A stretch of DNA of 64,000 nt from contig OZ024741.1 of assembly GCA_964016885.1 (NCBI GenBank), positions 414,036,001-414,100,000 on the forward strand, given 5' to 3'. The notes beneath the pieces are model-generated. The model worked only from the letters and a program-made list of their open reading frames with translations, had not been told where the DNA came from and did not search any database. Position numbers and translations under genes: made by a program. This DNA is from Eledone cirrhosa (taxonomy: Eukaryota). Shown here in pieces: positions 22,635 to 34,052 of this stretch (within the stretch, counting starts at the first letter, position 1; every line of letters begins with the position of its first letter).

Positions 22635-23900
22635 AAAACTCAACTCAACAATACTAAATAAGTACATCCCTAATGACACAGCGCACCAGCATAGCGACAT
22701 ACAACGCACTAACACGCAGCTACAACCCCACCAAACTATCCAGGATACTACTGCAAAACATAAAAATAACTGTAACTGCACTAAACCAGGTTCGTGCCCA
22801 TTGAATAACCAATGCCTAGCACGCAATATTGTCTACCGATGTACAATAAATTCCGGAACCAACAAATGGTATTACGTCGGATGTACCGCAACATCTTTCA
22901 AAGCTCGCCTATACCAACATCGATCTTCGATCAAGCATGAGAAAATGCGCTCCGTAACATCCCTCGCCGATAAAGCCTGGCAGCTTCAGAAGAACAATGA
23001 AGCATTCTCCCTTGATTGGCAAATTATTGCATGTGCGCCAGTATATAAGCAAAATCACCGATTTTGTAAATTATGCAATATGGAGATATACTGCATTTTA
23101 ACGTCGGAAAACAAACTTTTGAACAGCAAAATTGAACGTTTACTTTACTATAACCATCGTTTAAAAACGACTTTTTCTTTTTTTAAATGCATGTAATGTT
23201 ATCTTTTTACACCACTATTTGCAAATTTTTACTTTAATTTTTATTTCATAATTTTATATGTTTATACACACGATATGGCTTTTTATAATAATAGCACTAA
23301 ACACTGTTTTTTAGACCCCTTAAGAAATGTACTGCTACTATAATAGCCCCAATAACTTGTCTGTAATTCTGTACTACATTGACACCTTTAACTAAATTCT
23401 GTCCAAACAATACCACTAGAAGAATCTACTTCCCCCGCCAACCCTAACACGCCTCATTTAGCTAACTGCTGCCAAAACATTTTCTTCTATACAATCTCTA
23501 CTACTCTGATAGTCTTGAATCCTAAGACTCCCTCCCCCTTACTCGCTTCCCTCTTCCTCTTCCCTTCCTACCTCCTACTTTCTCACATATCTAGTGTATA
23601 AAATATTTTTCTATCATTCTACCATAAAGGTCTGACGACATGGTGTGTTCTCTTACAGTGTACCTACGATTTATGATAATATTTTTTATATTATACAAAT
23701 AGCGAGGTATAGGTAACCCACACACTATAGAAACAATTGTTACCTAATAAATTCTTTATACCCGCATTTCCGTTTCATAAACTTCATATTTTCTCCGGAT
23801 TTTAAAGCATATTTTATTATACGTTGAGCAATCTCCGACGTCGGTTGACTCCATCCAATGCGACTACCTAGTAACATTGGAGTACAGATTTATTAATTCT
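22635..23900 (+). mobile_element. Penelope-like element (Naiad-type) 3' fragment: GIY-YIG endonuclease and pseudo-LTR with hammerhead
   Basis: CNC-x5-CPLNNQCLARNIVY...YYVGCT..SFKARLYQH..S...W...CKLCNME...LLNSKIE, stop at 23196; hammerhead and AATAAA downstream. Confidence 0.85.
23628..23745 (+). ncRNA. Type-I hammerhead motif with an extended stem II of about 90 nt
   Basis: AGGT-CTGACGA-C[ATGGTGTG...TACCT...AGGTA...CACACTAT]A-GAAA-CAATTG-TT-ACCT, then AATAAA. Confidence 0.7.
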
Positions 23901-23949
23901 ATCTATACATATACATATATATATCTATACATATACATACATATATATA

Positions 23950-24345
23950 CAATATTAATAAATGGAAACTATATTTATAAAACCATATTTATTTCATTAT
24001 ATATATTTCAAGGATACCAAGTTAAATCATGGTATGCCTTCATCAGACAAAATACAATATATAACAGTTTTACAAATAGATATTGACGTACCCTTTCAAA
24101 AAGGTGACCGTTGCTTTTGGAGGCCATCCGGAAAGCAACGGTCACCTTTTTGAAAGGGTACGTCAATATAACCTTGAAATATATATAATAACCTTGAAAT
24201 ATATATAATGAAATAAATATGGTTTTATAAATATAGTTTCCATTTATTAATATGGTATATCTACTCCAAATATTTGTTGAGTGCTTTATATCAGTTATAA
24301 TATTTGCTTGTTGCATCCCAACAATTTAAATAGAAATTTTGCACA
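23950..24345. mobile_element. Non-coding fold-back element with a hammerhead and a nested 38-bp hairpin (copy 3)
   Basis: Outer arms about 23951-24013 and 24192-24254; inner perfect stem 24080-24168; tail TACTCCA...GAGTGCT...TTGTTG-x5-CAACAA; homologous to 21377-21890. Confidence 0.85.
23991..24053 (-). ncRNA. Type-I hammerhead ribozyme motif
   Basis: ATTTTGT-CTGATGA-[AGGCATACCA...TGGTATCCTT]-GAAA-TATATA-TA-ATGAAAT. Confidence 0.8.
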
Positions 24346-24460
24346 TACATATATATCTATATCTATACATATACATATACATATACATACATATATATCT
24401 ATACATATACATACATATATATATATATACATGTATATATATATATATTTATATATACAT

Positions 24461-24501
<41 letters not shown>

Positions 24502-24504
24502 CAT

Positions 24505-24545
<41 letters not shown>

Positions 24546-24548
24546 CAT

Positions 24549-24591
<43 letters not shown>

Positions 24592-24594
24592 CAT

Positions 24595-24639
<45 letters not shown>

Positions 24640-24642
24640 CAT

Positions 24643-24673
<31 letters not shown>

Positions 24674-24697
24674 CATATACATACATATATATATACT

Positions 24698-24740
<43 letters not shown>

Positions 24741-24743
<3 letters not shown>

Positions 24744-25074
24744 GAGGCACATGGCTTAGTGGTTAGAGCATTGGCCTTGCAATCGAAAGGTTGTGAGTTC
24801 AATTCTCAGACCGGGTGATGTTGTTTCCTTGAGCAAGACACTTTATTTCACATTGCTCCAGTTTACTCAGCTGTAGAAATGAGATGATAGGGACTGGGGT
24901 CCCTATCATTCCACTGCAAAGTGGTCGTGGAGGTGCCGCAGCAAAAAAGCACCCAGCACTCACTGTAAATGAGGTTGGTGTTAGGAAGGGCATCCAGCTG
25001 TAGAAATCAGGCCAGAATCAGTTCCCGTCCCACCCTTGCAAGCAGGGGAAAATCGGACGTAAAATGAAAATGAT
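24741..25074 (+). mobile_element. Full-length tRNA-headed SINE (type 1) with CORE-like middle and bipartite RTE-derived 3' half
   Basis: A box TGGCTTAGTGG, B box GAGTTCAATTC; CCTTGAGCAAGACACTT; TGGTGTTAGGAAGGGCATCCA; tail CCCGTCCCACCCTTGCAAGCAGGG..CGGACGTAAAATG shared with LINE family C. Confidence 0.9.
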
Positions 25075-25276
25075 ATCCATACATATATATATGTATATAT
25101 ATATATATACATATACATACATATATATATCTATACATACATATATATACATATACATACATATATATATCTATATCTATACATACATATATATATCTAT
25201 ACATATACATACATATATATATATCTATACATATACATACATATATCTATACATATATATCTATACATATACATAT

Positions 25277-25370
25277 AAGCAGGGAAAAGCGGACGTAAAA
25301 TGATGATGATATATATGTATATATATATACATATATATCATCATCATTTTACGTCCGCTTTTCCCTGCTT
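25277..25370. repeat. Perfect 94-bp spacer-less palindrome duplicating the LINE 3' tail
   Basis: 47-nt arms checked base by base; centre lies in (TA)n at 25323/25324. Confidence 0.95.
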
Positions 25371-28300
25371 GCAAGGGTGGGACGGGTCTTATTCAGCACA
25401 GCATCTCTCCACTCGTCACGGTCCCTCGTCATCTCCACCGTGAGCTTCAATGATCTGAGGTCTGTTCTCACCACCTCCGCCCATGTTTTTCGTGGTCTAC
25501 CTCTACCACGTCTTCCTTCAACTGGCATTTCCTGGCACTTCTTCACCCATCGGTCATCCTCCATGCGCATCACATGTCCATACCACCTCAGTCTCCTCTC
25601 CCGTACACTACATTCTATCCCTCTCAGACACAGTTTCTCTCTCAACACATTTATGCTGGGTCGTTCACGCACATTTACACTGCACATCCAACGGAGCATG
25701 CTTGCCTCATTTCTCTCCAGCCGTCGCATATCTTCTGCGGTTGCAGCCCATGTCTCACTACCATGCAGCATCGCGCTCCTCATACAGGCATCATACAACC
25801 GGCCTTTCGTACGCAGGGAGAAACCCTTCTTCGTCAACAGAGGAAGCAGCTCCCTAAACTTCTTCCAACCTGTCCTTATTCTAGATACTATGGCCTCGGA
25901 ACACCCTCCTCCCATGCTAATCTGATCTCCTAGGTACCGGAAGCTATCCACCACTTCTATAGCGCCCTCTCGCATTTGAAAAATGTGTCTATCAGTGCGA
26001 CTTCTATTGTCTAATTTCCCTGTACATCTACTGCATACATATTTCTCCCTACCTGTTAGTTTGCCTGCTATCCCGCTACATCTCTTGTGTACCCAGGACC
26101 TGCATTGTGTGCATTTTATAGAATTTATGCCAGTTCCTTTTCTGCATATCGAACATGGCCATTTCCCTGACGGAATCAGGGTTTTGTCCTCTTTTCTACT
26201 CATCAACACTTTTGTCTTAGCTAGATTTACTCTCAGTCCTCTTGCTTCCAACTGCTGTTTCCATAGCCGGAATTTATTCTCTAGCTCCTCTACTGATTCT
26301 GCCATAAGAGCCTTAAATTCCTCTGTTATGGCTTGGAGGACTATAATGAACAAGAGCGGGCTGAGGACCGAACCCTGATGTACTCCTACTTGTATCTGGA
26401 ATTCCTCACTAAACTCCATTCCTACCCTGACTTTACTGAGAGTACCTCTGTACAAAGTTTGCATTGTCCTCACAAGCCATTCCTCAACACCCAGCTTCCT
26501 TAGGGACCACCAGATGACAGATCGGGGTACCCTATCAAAGGCCTTCTCTAGGTCAACAAAGGCTAAGTATAGTGGCTTATTCTTCTCTAAGAACCTCTCT
26601 TGCATTTGTCTCACCAAGAAGAGGGCATCTGTTGTACTCTTCCCAGGCACAAAACCAAACTGCATCTCATCTAGTTTGACCCTTTCCCTAATTAGTTGTG
26701 CTAAAATCCTTTCTGCCACTTTCATAACCTGATCTATCAGTTTTATACCCCTATAATTGCTCCTCTCCAAAGCATCCCCTTTACCTTTGTAGCAATTTAT
26801 GAGAATACTTCTGCACCAGTCTTTGGGTATGACACCACCATATATAGCCTGATTGATGATGCGTGCAACCAGTTTAGTGCCTACGTCCCCTGATGCATTC
26901 AGCATCTCAGCAACTATTCCCGATGGTCCGGAAGCCTTACCATTTTTCATTTCCCTAATCGCCTCTTGGACCCTATATTCGTCAATCTCAATAGCTGGTC
27001 CCTCTGTCGAATCTACCAAGGGTAATTTCTCTCTCTCCCATTCGTTCTCCACATTCATCAGTCTCTCATAATGACATTTCCAGGCCTCCTTTTTCTGGTC
27101 ATTCGTGACACTAAGTACACCGGCATCATCCCGGACACATTTATCACCAACAACATCCTGATTTGCATTGACACACTGCCTTGCAATGTGGAACACCGCA
27201 CGCCTCTGATCTTCCCGTCGCAGAACATTGGCAAACCTCCTACTCTCTGCCTCCCTGCGTGCTAAGTACACCTGACGTCTAGCTTCTCTCTTAGTGGCTG
27301 TATATTCTTCCCTACTCCCACCCTTTTTCCAAGCCTTCCATGCTAGTCTTTTGTCTCTAATAGCCTTATCTACTGTGCTGTTCCACCACCAGGTCACTCT
27401 CTGTCTGGTTGGAACTCTGCTCCAGTTACAGGTTTCATCAGTAGCCTTCAGCAAGTTGTCACGTAAGAACTTCCAGTTATTATCTATGTCATACGTCTCT
27501 AAATCGTCTTCTTTTTCGTCATATACATCTTGAAGGGCTTTCCTAAATTTGAATTTTAGTGAAAGGTCTTTTAGCTTCCAGACCTTTCTTCTCCACACCT
27601 TCCTATATGTCTCATTCCATCTCTTGCTTACTGAGATATCACTAACAACTAACCTATGCTGTGGGGTACATTCTTCCCCAGGGTATGCCTTGGTATTAGA
27701 CACTATCTGCCTGTCCCGCTGCCTAACTAGCAGGAAGTCAATCTGGCTTATGTGCTCACCAGATTTGTAGGTTATTAGGTGATTGGCAGGTTTCTGGAAG
27801 TTTGTGTTGCAAATAGTCAATGTACTTGCATCACAAAATTCAAGAACTCTCACTCCTTCTTCATTTCTTGAACCGTAACCGTGCCCACCATGTACCCCAG
27901 TGTAACCATCCTGGAGCTGTCCAACATGACCATTGAAGTCTCCTGCTAGCATAACGATGTCTCCGTCCTCTGTCATTGTGGTTGTTTGCAAAAGTTGCTC
28001 ATAAAAGCAGTCTTTCTCATCTTTGCCTAGGCCTGCTTGGGGAGCATAGACCGAGATGATTGTCAGTAGTCTCCTACCTACAACTAATCTAAGCTTAATT
28101 ATTCGATTACTAACTCGAACTACCTCTATTGTCTTATTGATCCATTTCTCAGCCAGGAAAATGCCTACTCCCCCTAACCCATCATCCTTACCTACCCAGA
28201 ATAGCTTATAGCTAAGACGCTTGCCTACGACTAGTCTCGCAGAGGCACCTCTCCATCTCACCTCTTGCACGCAGCACACATCCACCTGCCTTCTCTCCAG

Positions 28301-28695
28301 CATCTCCGCTATTTCAGCAGATCTACCTCTGAGAGTGCCAACATTAAGTGTTGCAACTCTGAGATGCGACGTCTTCATATTTTTCTATGCTGTTTTGTTG
28401 CTGTGCTGATAAGCTTTTTGGCATTGATACACTGGTTGGATGCCCTTCCTAACACCAGCGCCACTTTACAGCATGGACTGGGTGCTTTTATTTGTGCCAC
28501 CAGCACTAGAGAGGATGTCTTACTAGACTCAAGGGCCCTCTCTACCCCTCCATTTTACAGCATGGTCATTAAAAAAAAAAAAAAAAAAAAAAAAACTTAT
28601 TGACACGACTCGCACACCAATACTCATGCATACAAACCACAACCACACATACCAACACTCATTCATGCATACAATCACACACACCACTCACAAAC
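25338..28695 (-). mobile_element. RTE-clade LINE (family C), near full-length
   Basis: 1009-aa ORF running into the 3' tail; 5' UTR contains the TTAGGAAGGGCATCCA motif and a poly(T) run; 5' boundary approximate. Confidence 0.92.
25349..28378 (-). CDS. RTE polyprotein (APE, RT, PHD-type finger), open frame but missing the 13-aa segment containing YADD
   Basis: LQAITEEFK|ALMAES versus [28 protein letters not shown] in family B; junction at 26311/26312. Confidence 0.9.
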   Translation of the reverse strand: MKTSHLRVATLNVGTLRGRSAEIAEMLERRQVDVCCVQEVRWRGASARLVVGKRLSYKLFWVGKDDGLGGVGIFLAEKWINKTIEVVRVSNRIIKLRLVVGRRLLTIISVYAPQAGLGKDEKDCFYEQLLQTTTMTEDGDIVMLAGDFNGHVGQLQDGYTGVHGGHGYGSRNEEGVRVLEFCDASTLTICNTNFQKPANHLITYKSGEHISQIDFLLVRQRDRQIVSNTKAYPGEECTPQHRLVVSDISVSKRWNETYRKVWRRKVWKLKDLSLKFKFRKALQDVYDEKEDDLETYDIDNNWKFLRDNLLKATDETCNWSRVPTRQRVTWWWNSTVDKAIRDKRLAWKAWKKGGSREEYTATKREARRQVYLARREAESRRFANVLRREDQRRAVFHIARQCVNANQDVVGDKCVRDDAGVLSVTNDQKKEAWKCHYERLMNVENEWEREKLPLVDSTEGPAIEIDEYRVQEAIREMKNGKASGPSGIVAEMLNASGDVGTKLVARIINQAIYGGVIPKDWCRSILINCYKGKGDALERSNYRGIKLIDQVMKVAERILAQLIRERVKLDEMQFGFVPGKSTTDALFLVRQMQERFLEKNKPLYLAFVDLEKAFDRVPRSVIWWSLRKLGVEEWLVRTMQTLYRGTLSKVRVGMEFSEEFQIQVGVHQGSVLSPLLFIIVLQAITEEFKALMAESVEELENKFRLWKQQLEARGLRVNLAKTKVLMSRKEDKTLIPSGKWPCSICRKGTGINSIKCTQCRSWVHKRCSGIAGKLTGREKYVCSRCTGKLDNRSRTDRHIFQMREGAIEVVDSFRYLGDQISMGGGCSEAIVSRIRTGWKKFRELLPLLTKKGFSLRTKGRLYDACMRSAMLHGSETWAATAEDMRRLERNEASMLRWMCSVNVRERPSINVLREKLCLRGIECSVRERRLRWYGHVMRMEDDRWVKKCQEMPVEGRRGRGRPRKTWAEVVRTDLRSLKLTVEMTRDRDEWRDAVLNKTRPTLASREKRT

Positions 28696-28804
28696 ATATA
28701 TATATATACATATATTACCGACAGTACTGATACAAAATCAAAATCGTCAAGATCACTATCATGTCAACTGTTGACCTTTCCCAGTCCAGTTCGGCTTGTA
28801 TATA

Positions 28805-29006
28805 ATAACAATAACAATAATTGTTTCTACTTTTGGCACAAGGCCAGCAATTACCCAGTGCATTACTGGTACTTTATTTTATCGACCCCGTAAGGATGAA
28901 AGGCAAAATTAACCTCGGCGGGATTTGAACTCAGATCGTAAAGGGACGTAACTATGCTGGAAAGCATGGCGTCCGACCCTCTACCGATACTGCCAATCCA
29001 CCGCCT
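28805..29006 (-). mobile_element. Full-length tRNA-headed SINE (type 2) with (TTA/TTG)n tail
   Basis: AGGCGGTGGATTGGCAGTATCGG (A box), GAGTTCAAATCC (B box), GCCTTTCATCC...GGGGTCGATAAAATAAAGTACCAG body. Confidence 0.9.
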
Positions 29007-29029
29007 AATAATTGTTTGCTTTACGCTGG

Positions 29030-29395
29030 TAATGGCGGTGGTGGATGGTGTCAGTGTGGTGGTGGTGGATGGTATCAGCGTGGTGGTGGTGGATGGTCAG
29101 TGATGGTGGTGGCAGTTGTTGGTGCTGTAGTTGTTATTGTAGTTGTTGTCGTTGTTGTTGTTGTCCTTCATTTCACTGCTGCTGTTACTGCAGACAATGG
29201 TGTTGATGCTGTTATTGCTGTCGCATATATACAAATACATACACACACATTCAACACAGACGATGGTGTTGTTGCTGTTGTTGTTGTTGTTGATGTTGCT
29301 GCTGTTGTTGTTGTTACATGTATATATATATATATATACATACATGTATGTATATATATATATATATATATACATGTATATATATATATATATAT

Positions 29396-29441
<46 letters not shown>

Positions 29442-29620
29442 GTGTATATATATATATATATATATATACATACATGTATATATATATATGTATCTATACA
29501 TATACATACATATATATATATACATGTATATATATATATGTATCTATACATATATATACATGTATATATATACATGTATATATCTATACATGTATATATA
29601 TATATATATATATCTATACA
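29030..29620. repeat. Compound (GGT)n/(GTT)n/(TA)n microsatellite
   Basis: Direct reading. Confidence 0.9.
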
Positions 29621-29621
29621 T

Positions 29622-29889
29622 TTAATTGTTAAATACGAAAGTTTTTGGTCGTATTGAACAGAACAAATTTTGTATTTTTGTTAATCGCTTGTTAAATGCA
29701 AGGACCCCATTCAATCATTACCTTCTATCTAGCGTATTTTCAAACCTTAATTCCTAACGTATTTTCAAACCTCAATCCCTAATTCTAGCGTATCTTCAAA
29801 ACAAAAAAACAAAATCCTTTCCTTCTTCCTTCTTCGAAGGCATGGGGCGGTCAAACGCCTAACACACACAACCATCATGCCCCCCCCCC

Positions 29890-29925
<36 letters not shown>

Positions 29926-30254
29926 GATAGTAATTCACTTCGCCAAATTTCATTGCTTGCTGTCTACCCCACGATATTCATGTAACGTAATGTACAAATT
30001 TTCCTTCATTTCTCTGCCTCCACAAATCCTAATTCTAGCGTATTTTAATCCTAATTCTAGCGTATTTTCAAAACAATCCATATTTCGTATCAAGTCCAAA
30101 TAGCCAATCTATCGCTAAAACAAACTACATTTTTTGTTTTTATTAATTGTTAAATACGAAAGTTTTTGGTCGTATTGAACAGAACAAATTTTGTATTTTT
30201 GTTAATCGCTTGTTAAATGCAAGGACCCCATTCAACCATTACCTTCTATCTAGC
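29622..30254. repeat. 112-bp direct repeat (29622-29733 and 30143-30254) enclosing short iterated duplications
   Basis: One mismatch between copies; TCTAGCGTATTTT-like motif recurs about five times. Confidence 0.9.
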
Positions 30255-33200
30255 TACCCAACACCCCTCCGTCCCACCCCCACGCACCACCATTGCTATT
30301 ACGTGGACCAATCATAAAACAGAGCCCCCACGCATCACCAGTATTATTACGCGGACCAATCAGAAGCCAGAGGCCTATACTATCGCTTGCCTGGTTGCCT
30401 TTCGATATATGATGGATGGATGGACTGCGGAATCCTGGAGAGTGGAGGAGAGATAGAGGAAAATCTGGACGCTCAAGCGACAATGCCAAAGATAAAGACA
30501 AATTCACCTCTTGGACGAGAATGCGAGCACTCCTCATTGTTTCCACCGCGGACGGCTAACATAACCCCATCGCCCCCCGCCCCCCACCCCCAAACGCAAT
30601 CCAAAACTTCAGAGTTGGTACCATAAATGTAGGCACCCTAAAGGGTCGCGCTAACGAGGTTGTAGAAATGCTTGAACGTAAGGAGGTCGATGTTTGTTGT
30701 ATTCAAGAGACCAGGTGGAGGGGTGGGTCTGCTAGGTTCATTGAGGGTAAAAAACGATGTTATAAGCTTTTCTGGGTGGGAAACGACGATGGGCTGGGTG
30801 GAGTAGGAATCATGGTAGCAGAAAAGTGGGCAGATAGGATAATAGACGTAAATAGAGTGAACGACAGAATAATTAAAATACGACTTGTCCTCAATAGAAC
30901 TACGGTGACAGTAATATCTGCGTACGCACCCCAATCCGGACTGCCCGGCACTATAAAAGGCAGATTCTATGAGACACTGATGCTAACTACCTCCCAAATA
31001 TCCGACAGTGACTATATAATTATCGCAGGCGACCTAAATGGTCACGTTGGACAACATTGTGACGGCTACGACGAAATCCATGGAGGCTATGGGTTTGGTA
31101 CTAGAAATGAGGAAGGCTCCAGAATCCTGGAATTCTGTGACGCAAATAACCTAACTATCTGTAACACTAACTTCAAAAAACGTGACAATCACCTGATCAC
31201 CTATAGATCCGGGGAACACACAAGCCAGGTAGATTATATCCTTACCAGAAGACGTGACAGAGTGTCTGTTGTAAACACTAATTCCCTCCCCCATGAAGAA
31301 TGCACCTCCCAACATAGACTGATAATTAGCGACCTCATAGTCAGGACGAGACGTACTCGACAGCAGAAGAGGACTATCCTCAGGAGAAAAATATGGAAGC
31401 TAAAGGACCCCACAGCCAGGAATAAATTTCAAAGCATATTACTTGATGCTTTCGACAGTAAGGAAGAACATTTAGAGTCGGACAATATAGAGGGAGAGTG
31501 GGAATTTCTGAAAGCAAACCTGCTGTTGGCGAGAGACGAAGTCTGTGGCTGGAGCAGGCCTGTAGGCAGGAGGAGAGTAACATGGTGGTGGAACAGTAAG
31601 GTGGAGGGGTCAATTAAGGCCAAAAAGCAGGCTTGGAAAGTATGGCGGGATGGGGGAAGTAGAGAAGACTATCAAGTGGCCAGGAGGGAAGCTAGGAGAC
31701 AAGTGTACTTAGCAAGAAGGGAAGCTGAGGAAAGAAAGTTCAAGCATGTTCTACAACGCGATGACCAAAAACGTGAGGTGTTCAGGATTGCTAGGCAATG
31801 CGTCAAGGAAAACCGTGATATTGTCGGGGAGAAGTGTGTACTAAACGACGATGGCACACTTGCCATCACCGACGCTGATAAGAAGGTAGCTTGGAAATGT
31901 CACTATGAAAGGCTACTAAATGAGGAGAATAAATGGGAGAAAGACAGTCTCCCCCATATCGACCCAATAGAGGGACCAGCAGTGTTAGTCGAGGGGAGTA
32001 TAATAAGTAAGGCAATCAAGGATATGAAGACGGGTAAGGCGGCTGGGCCTTCGGAAATAGTTGCTGAGATGCTGAAGGCATCTGGCACGGTGGGACACAC
32101 CATGGTCACCCGCATAGTTAACCAAGTCGTACAGAATGGGGTTGTTCCGAAGGACTGGCATAGCAGCATCATCGTTAACTGTTATAAGGGTAAAGGAGAC
32201 GCCCTAGATAGGAGTAACTATAGAGGCATTAAATTAATCGACCAGGTCATGAAGGTCACGGAAAAAGTAATAGCGCAACTAATCAGAGAGAGAATTGATC
32301 TAGATGAAATGCAGTTCGGGTTTGTGTCAGGCAAAAGTACCACAGACACTCTTTTCATAGTACGACAACTACAGGAGAAGTACCTAGCTAAAGGTAAACC
32401 CCTCTACTTAGCTTTTGTCGACTTGGAGAAAGCCTTCGACAGAGTCCCCCGCTCCATTATCTGGTGGGCTCTTAGAAAACTAGGCGTTGACGAATGGCTT
32501 GTGAGGGCTATACAAGCCATGTATAAAGAAACAGTCAGCAAGGTTAGAATTAACAACGAATATAGTGAAGAGTTTAGCGTAAAAGTTGGCGTCCATCAGG
32601 GCTCTGTTCTCAGCCCACTACTATTTATTATTGCCCTTCAGGCTATAACAGAGGAGTTCAAGACAGGCTGCCCATGGGAACTCCTATACGCAGACGACCT
32701 GACACTCATAGCGGAATCAATGGCCGAGCTAGAGAAGAAATTCCAAACATGGAAGCACGGCCTTGAGTCAAAAGGACTTAAAATTAACCTGGCTAAGACC
32801 AAAGTACTAGTTTGTAGGAAAGAAAACAAGGCGGCGGTCCCTTCTGGGAAATGGTCGTGCTCGGTGTGTAGGAAAGGCGTAGGTAGAAACTCCATTTTAT
32901 GTCCTAAATGCATAAAAGATGTAGTGGGATCACAGGTAAGCTAACTAAGAACATAGATTTTACATGTGGCCGGTGCTCTGGTGCAATAAGTAGCAGCAAG
33001 TGCCCACAAAATACTAGCTCTTTCAATTGCGCAGAGGGTTCTATAGAAATAGTGGACAGCTTCCGTTACCTGGGCGATAAAATCAGCAGTGGGGGAGGGT
33101 GCTCTGAAAGTACTGTAGCTAGAGTCAGAACTGGTTGGAAAAAGTTCAGAGAGCTTATACCACTATTAGCTGCTAAAGGGTTCTCCCTAAAAATGAAAGG

Positions 33201-34052
33201 CAGGTTGTACGATGCCTGCATACGAACAGCAATGCTGCATGGCAGTGAGACCTGGGCATTGTGTGCAGAGGATATACGCAGACTAGAGAGGAACGAAGCT
33301 TGCATGCTCCGCTGGATGTGTAACAGTAATATACGTGAACGGCAAAGCATAAACGAACTAAGGAAAAAATTAGAGATAAGAGGGATCAGATGTTGTTTAC
33401 TCGAGAGAAGGCTACGTTGGTATGGACACGTGATGCGCATGAAAGTCGATAGCTGTATAACAAAGTGCAGGGCAATAAAGATAGACGGTAGTCACGGAAT
33501 AGGCAGACCTAGAAAAACCTGGGACGAGCTGATAAACTCCGACATCACACACTTACACCTCTCCAAGACAATGTCACTGGACCGAGACCTTTGGCGGTAC
33601 TCAGTAACAGAGAAGACCCGCCTTACCTAAATATGTATATATATATATATATATATATAGTAAAACCTACTCCAGCCAGTAGGCATCTCTAACAAAATAC
33701 ACCCCGTCCCACCACCACGACCCCCACCCCATCCACACCACCCCGTTCTATGTAAAGTTATGTTGGTGCCGCGCCATCGAGGCCGAAACAAATGAGATCG
33801 TGTAGGTGTCACGACAAAAAACACACAGTCCACGCTGTAATGTGGCCGTGTAGGCAACACGGTAAAAACCTCCCAGACCCACACTGTAAATGTGGTTGGT
33901 GTTAGGAAGGGCATCCAACAGTAGAAAACCTGCCAGATAGTCCTATGCGAGCAAGACAATCACTCTTGCCTCAAGTGGGACTACCCCCGTCCAAACCCAT
34001 GCAAGCGTGGAACACGGACGTTAAACGTTGATGATGATGATGATGATGATGA
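30255..34052 (+). mobile_element. RTE-clade LINE (family A), longer 5' region, frameshifted
   Basis: ORFs 30623/30668..32944 and 32908..33630; 13-nt deletion between TGCA repeats at about 32910 inside the PHD; ATG->ATA at 30623; TA run inserted after the stop; (GAT)n tail; 5' boundary uncertain. Confidence 0.93.

Noticed and set aside
24741-24815. tRNA-like sequences here and at 22500-22575 and 28915-29006
   Set aside because: These are SINE heads continuous with SINE bodies, not tRNA genes
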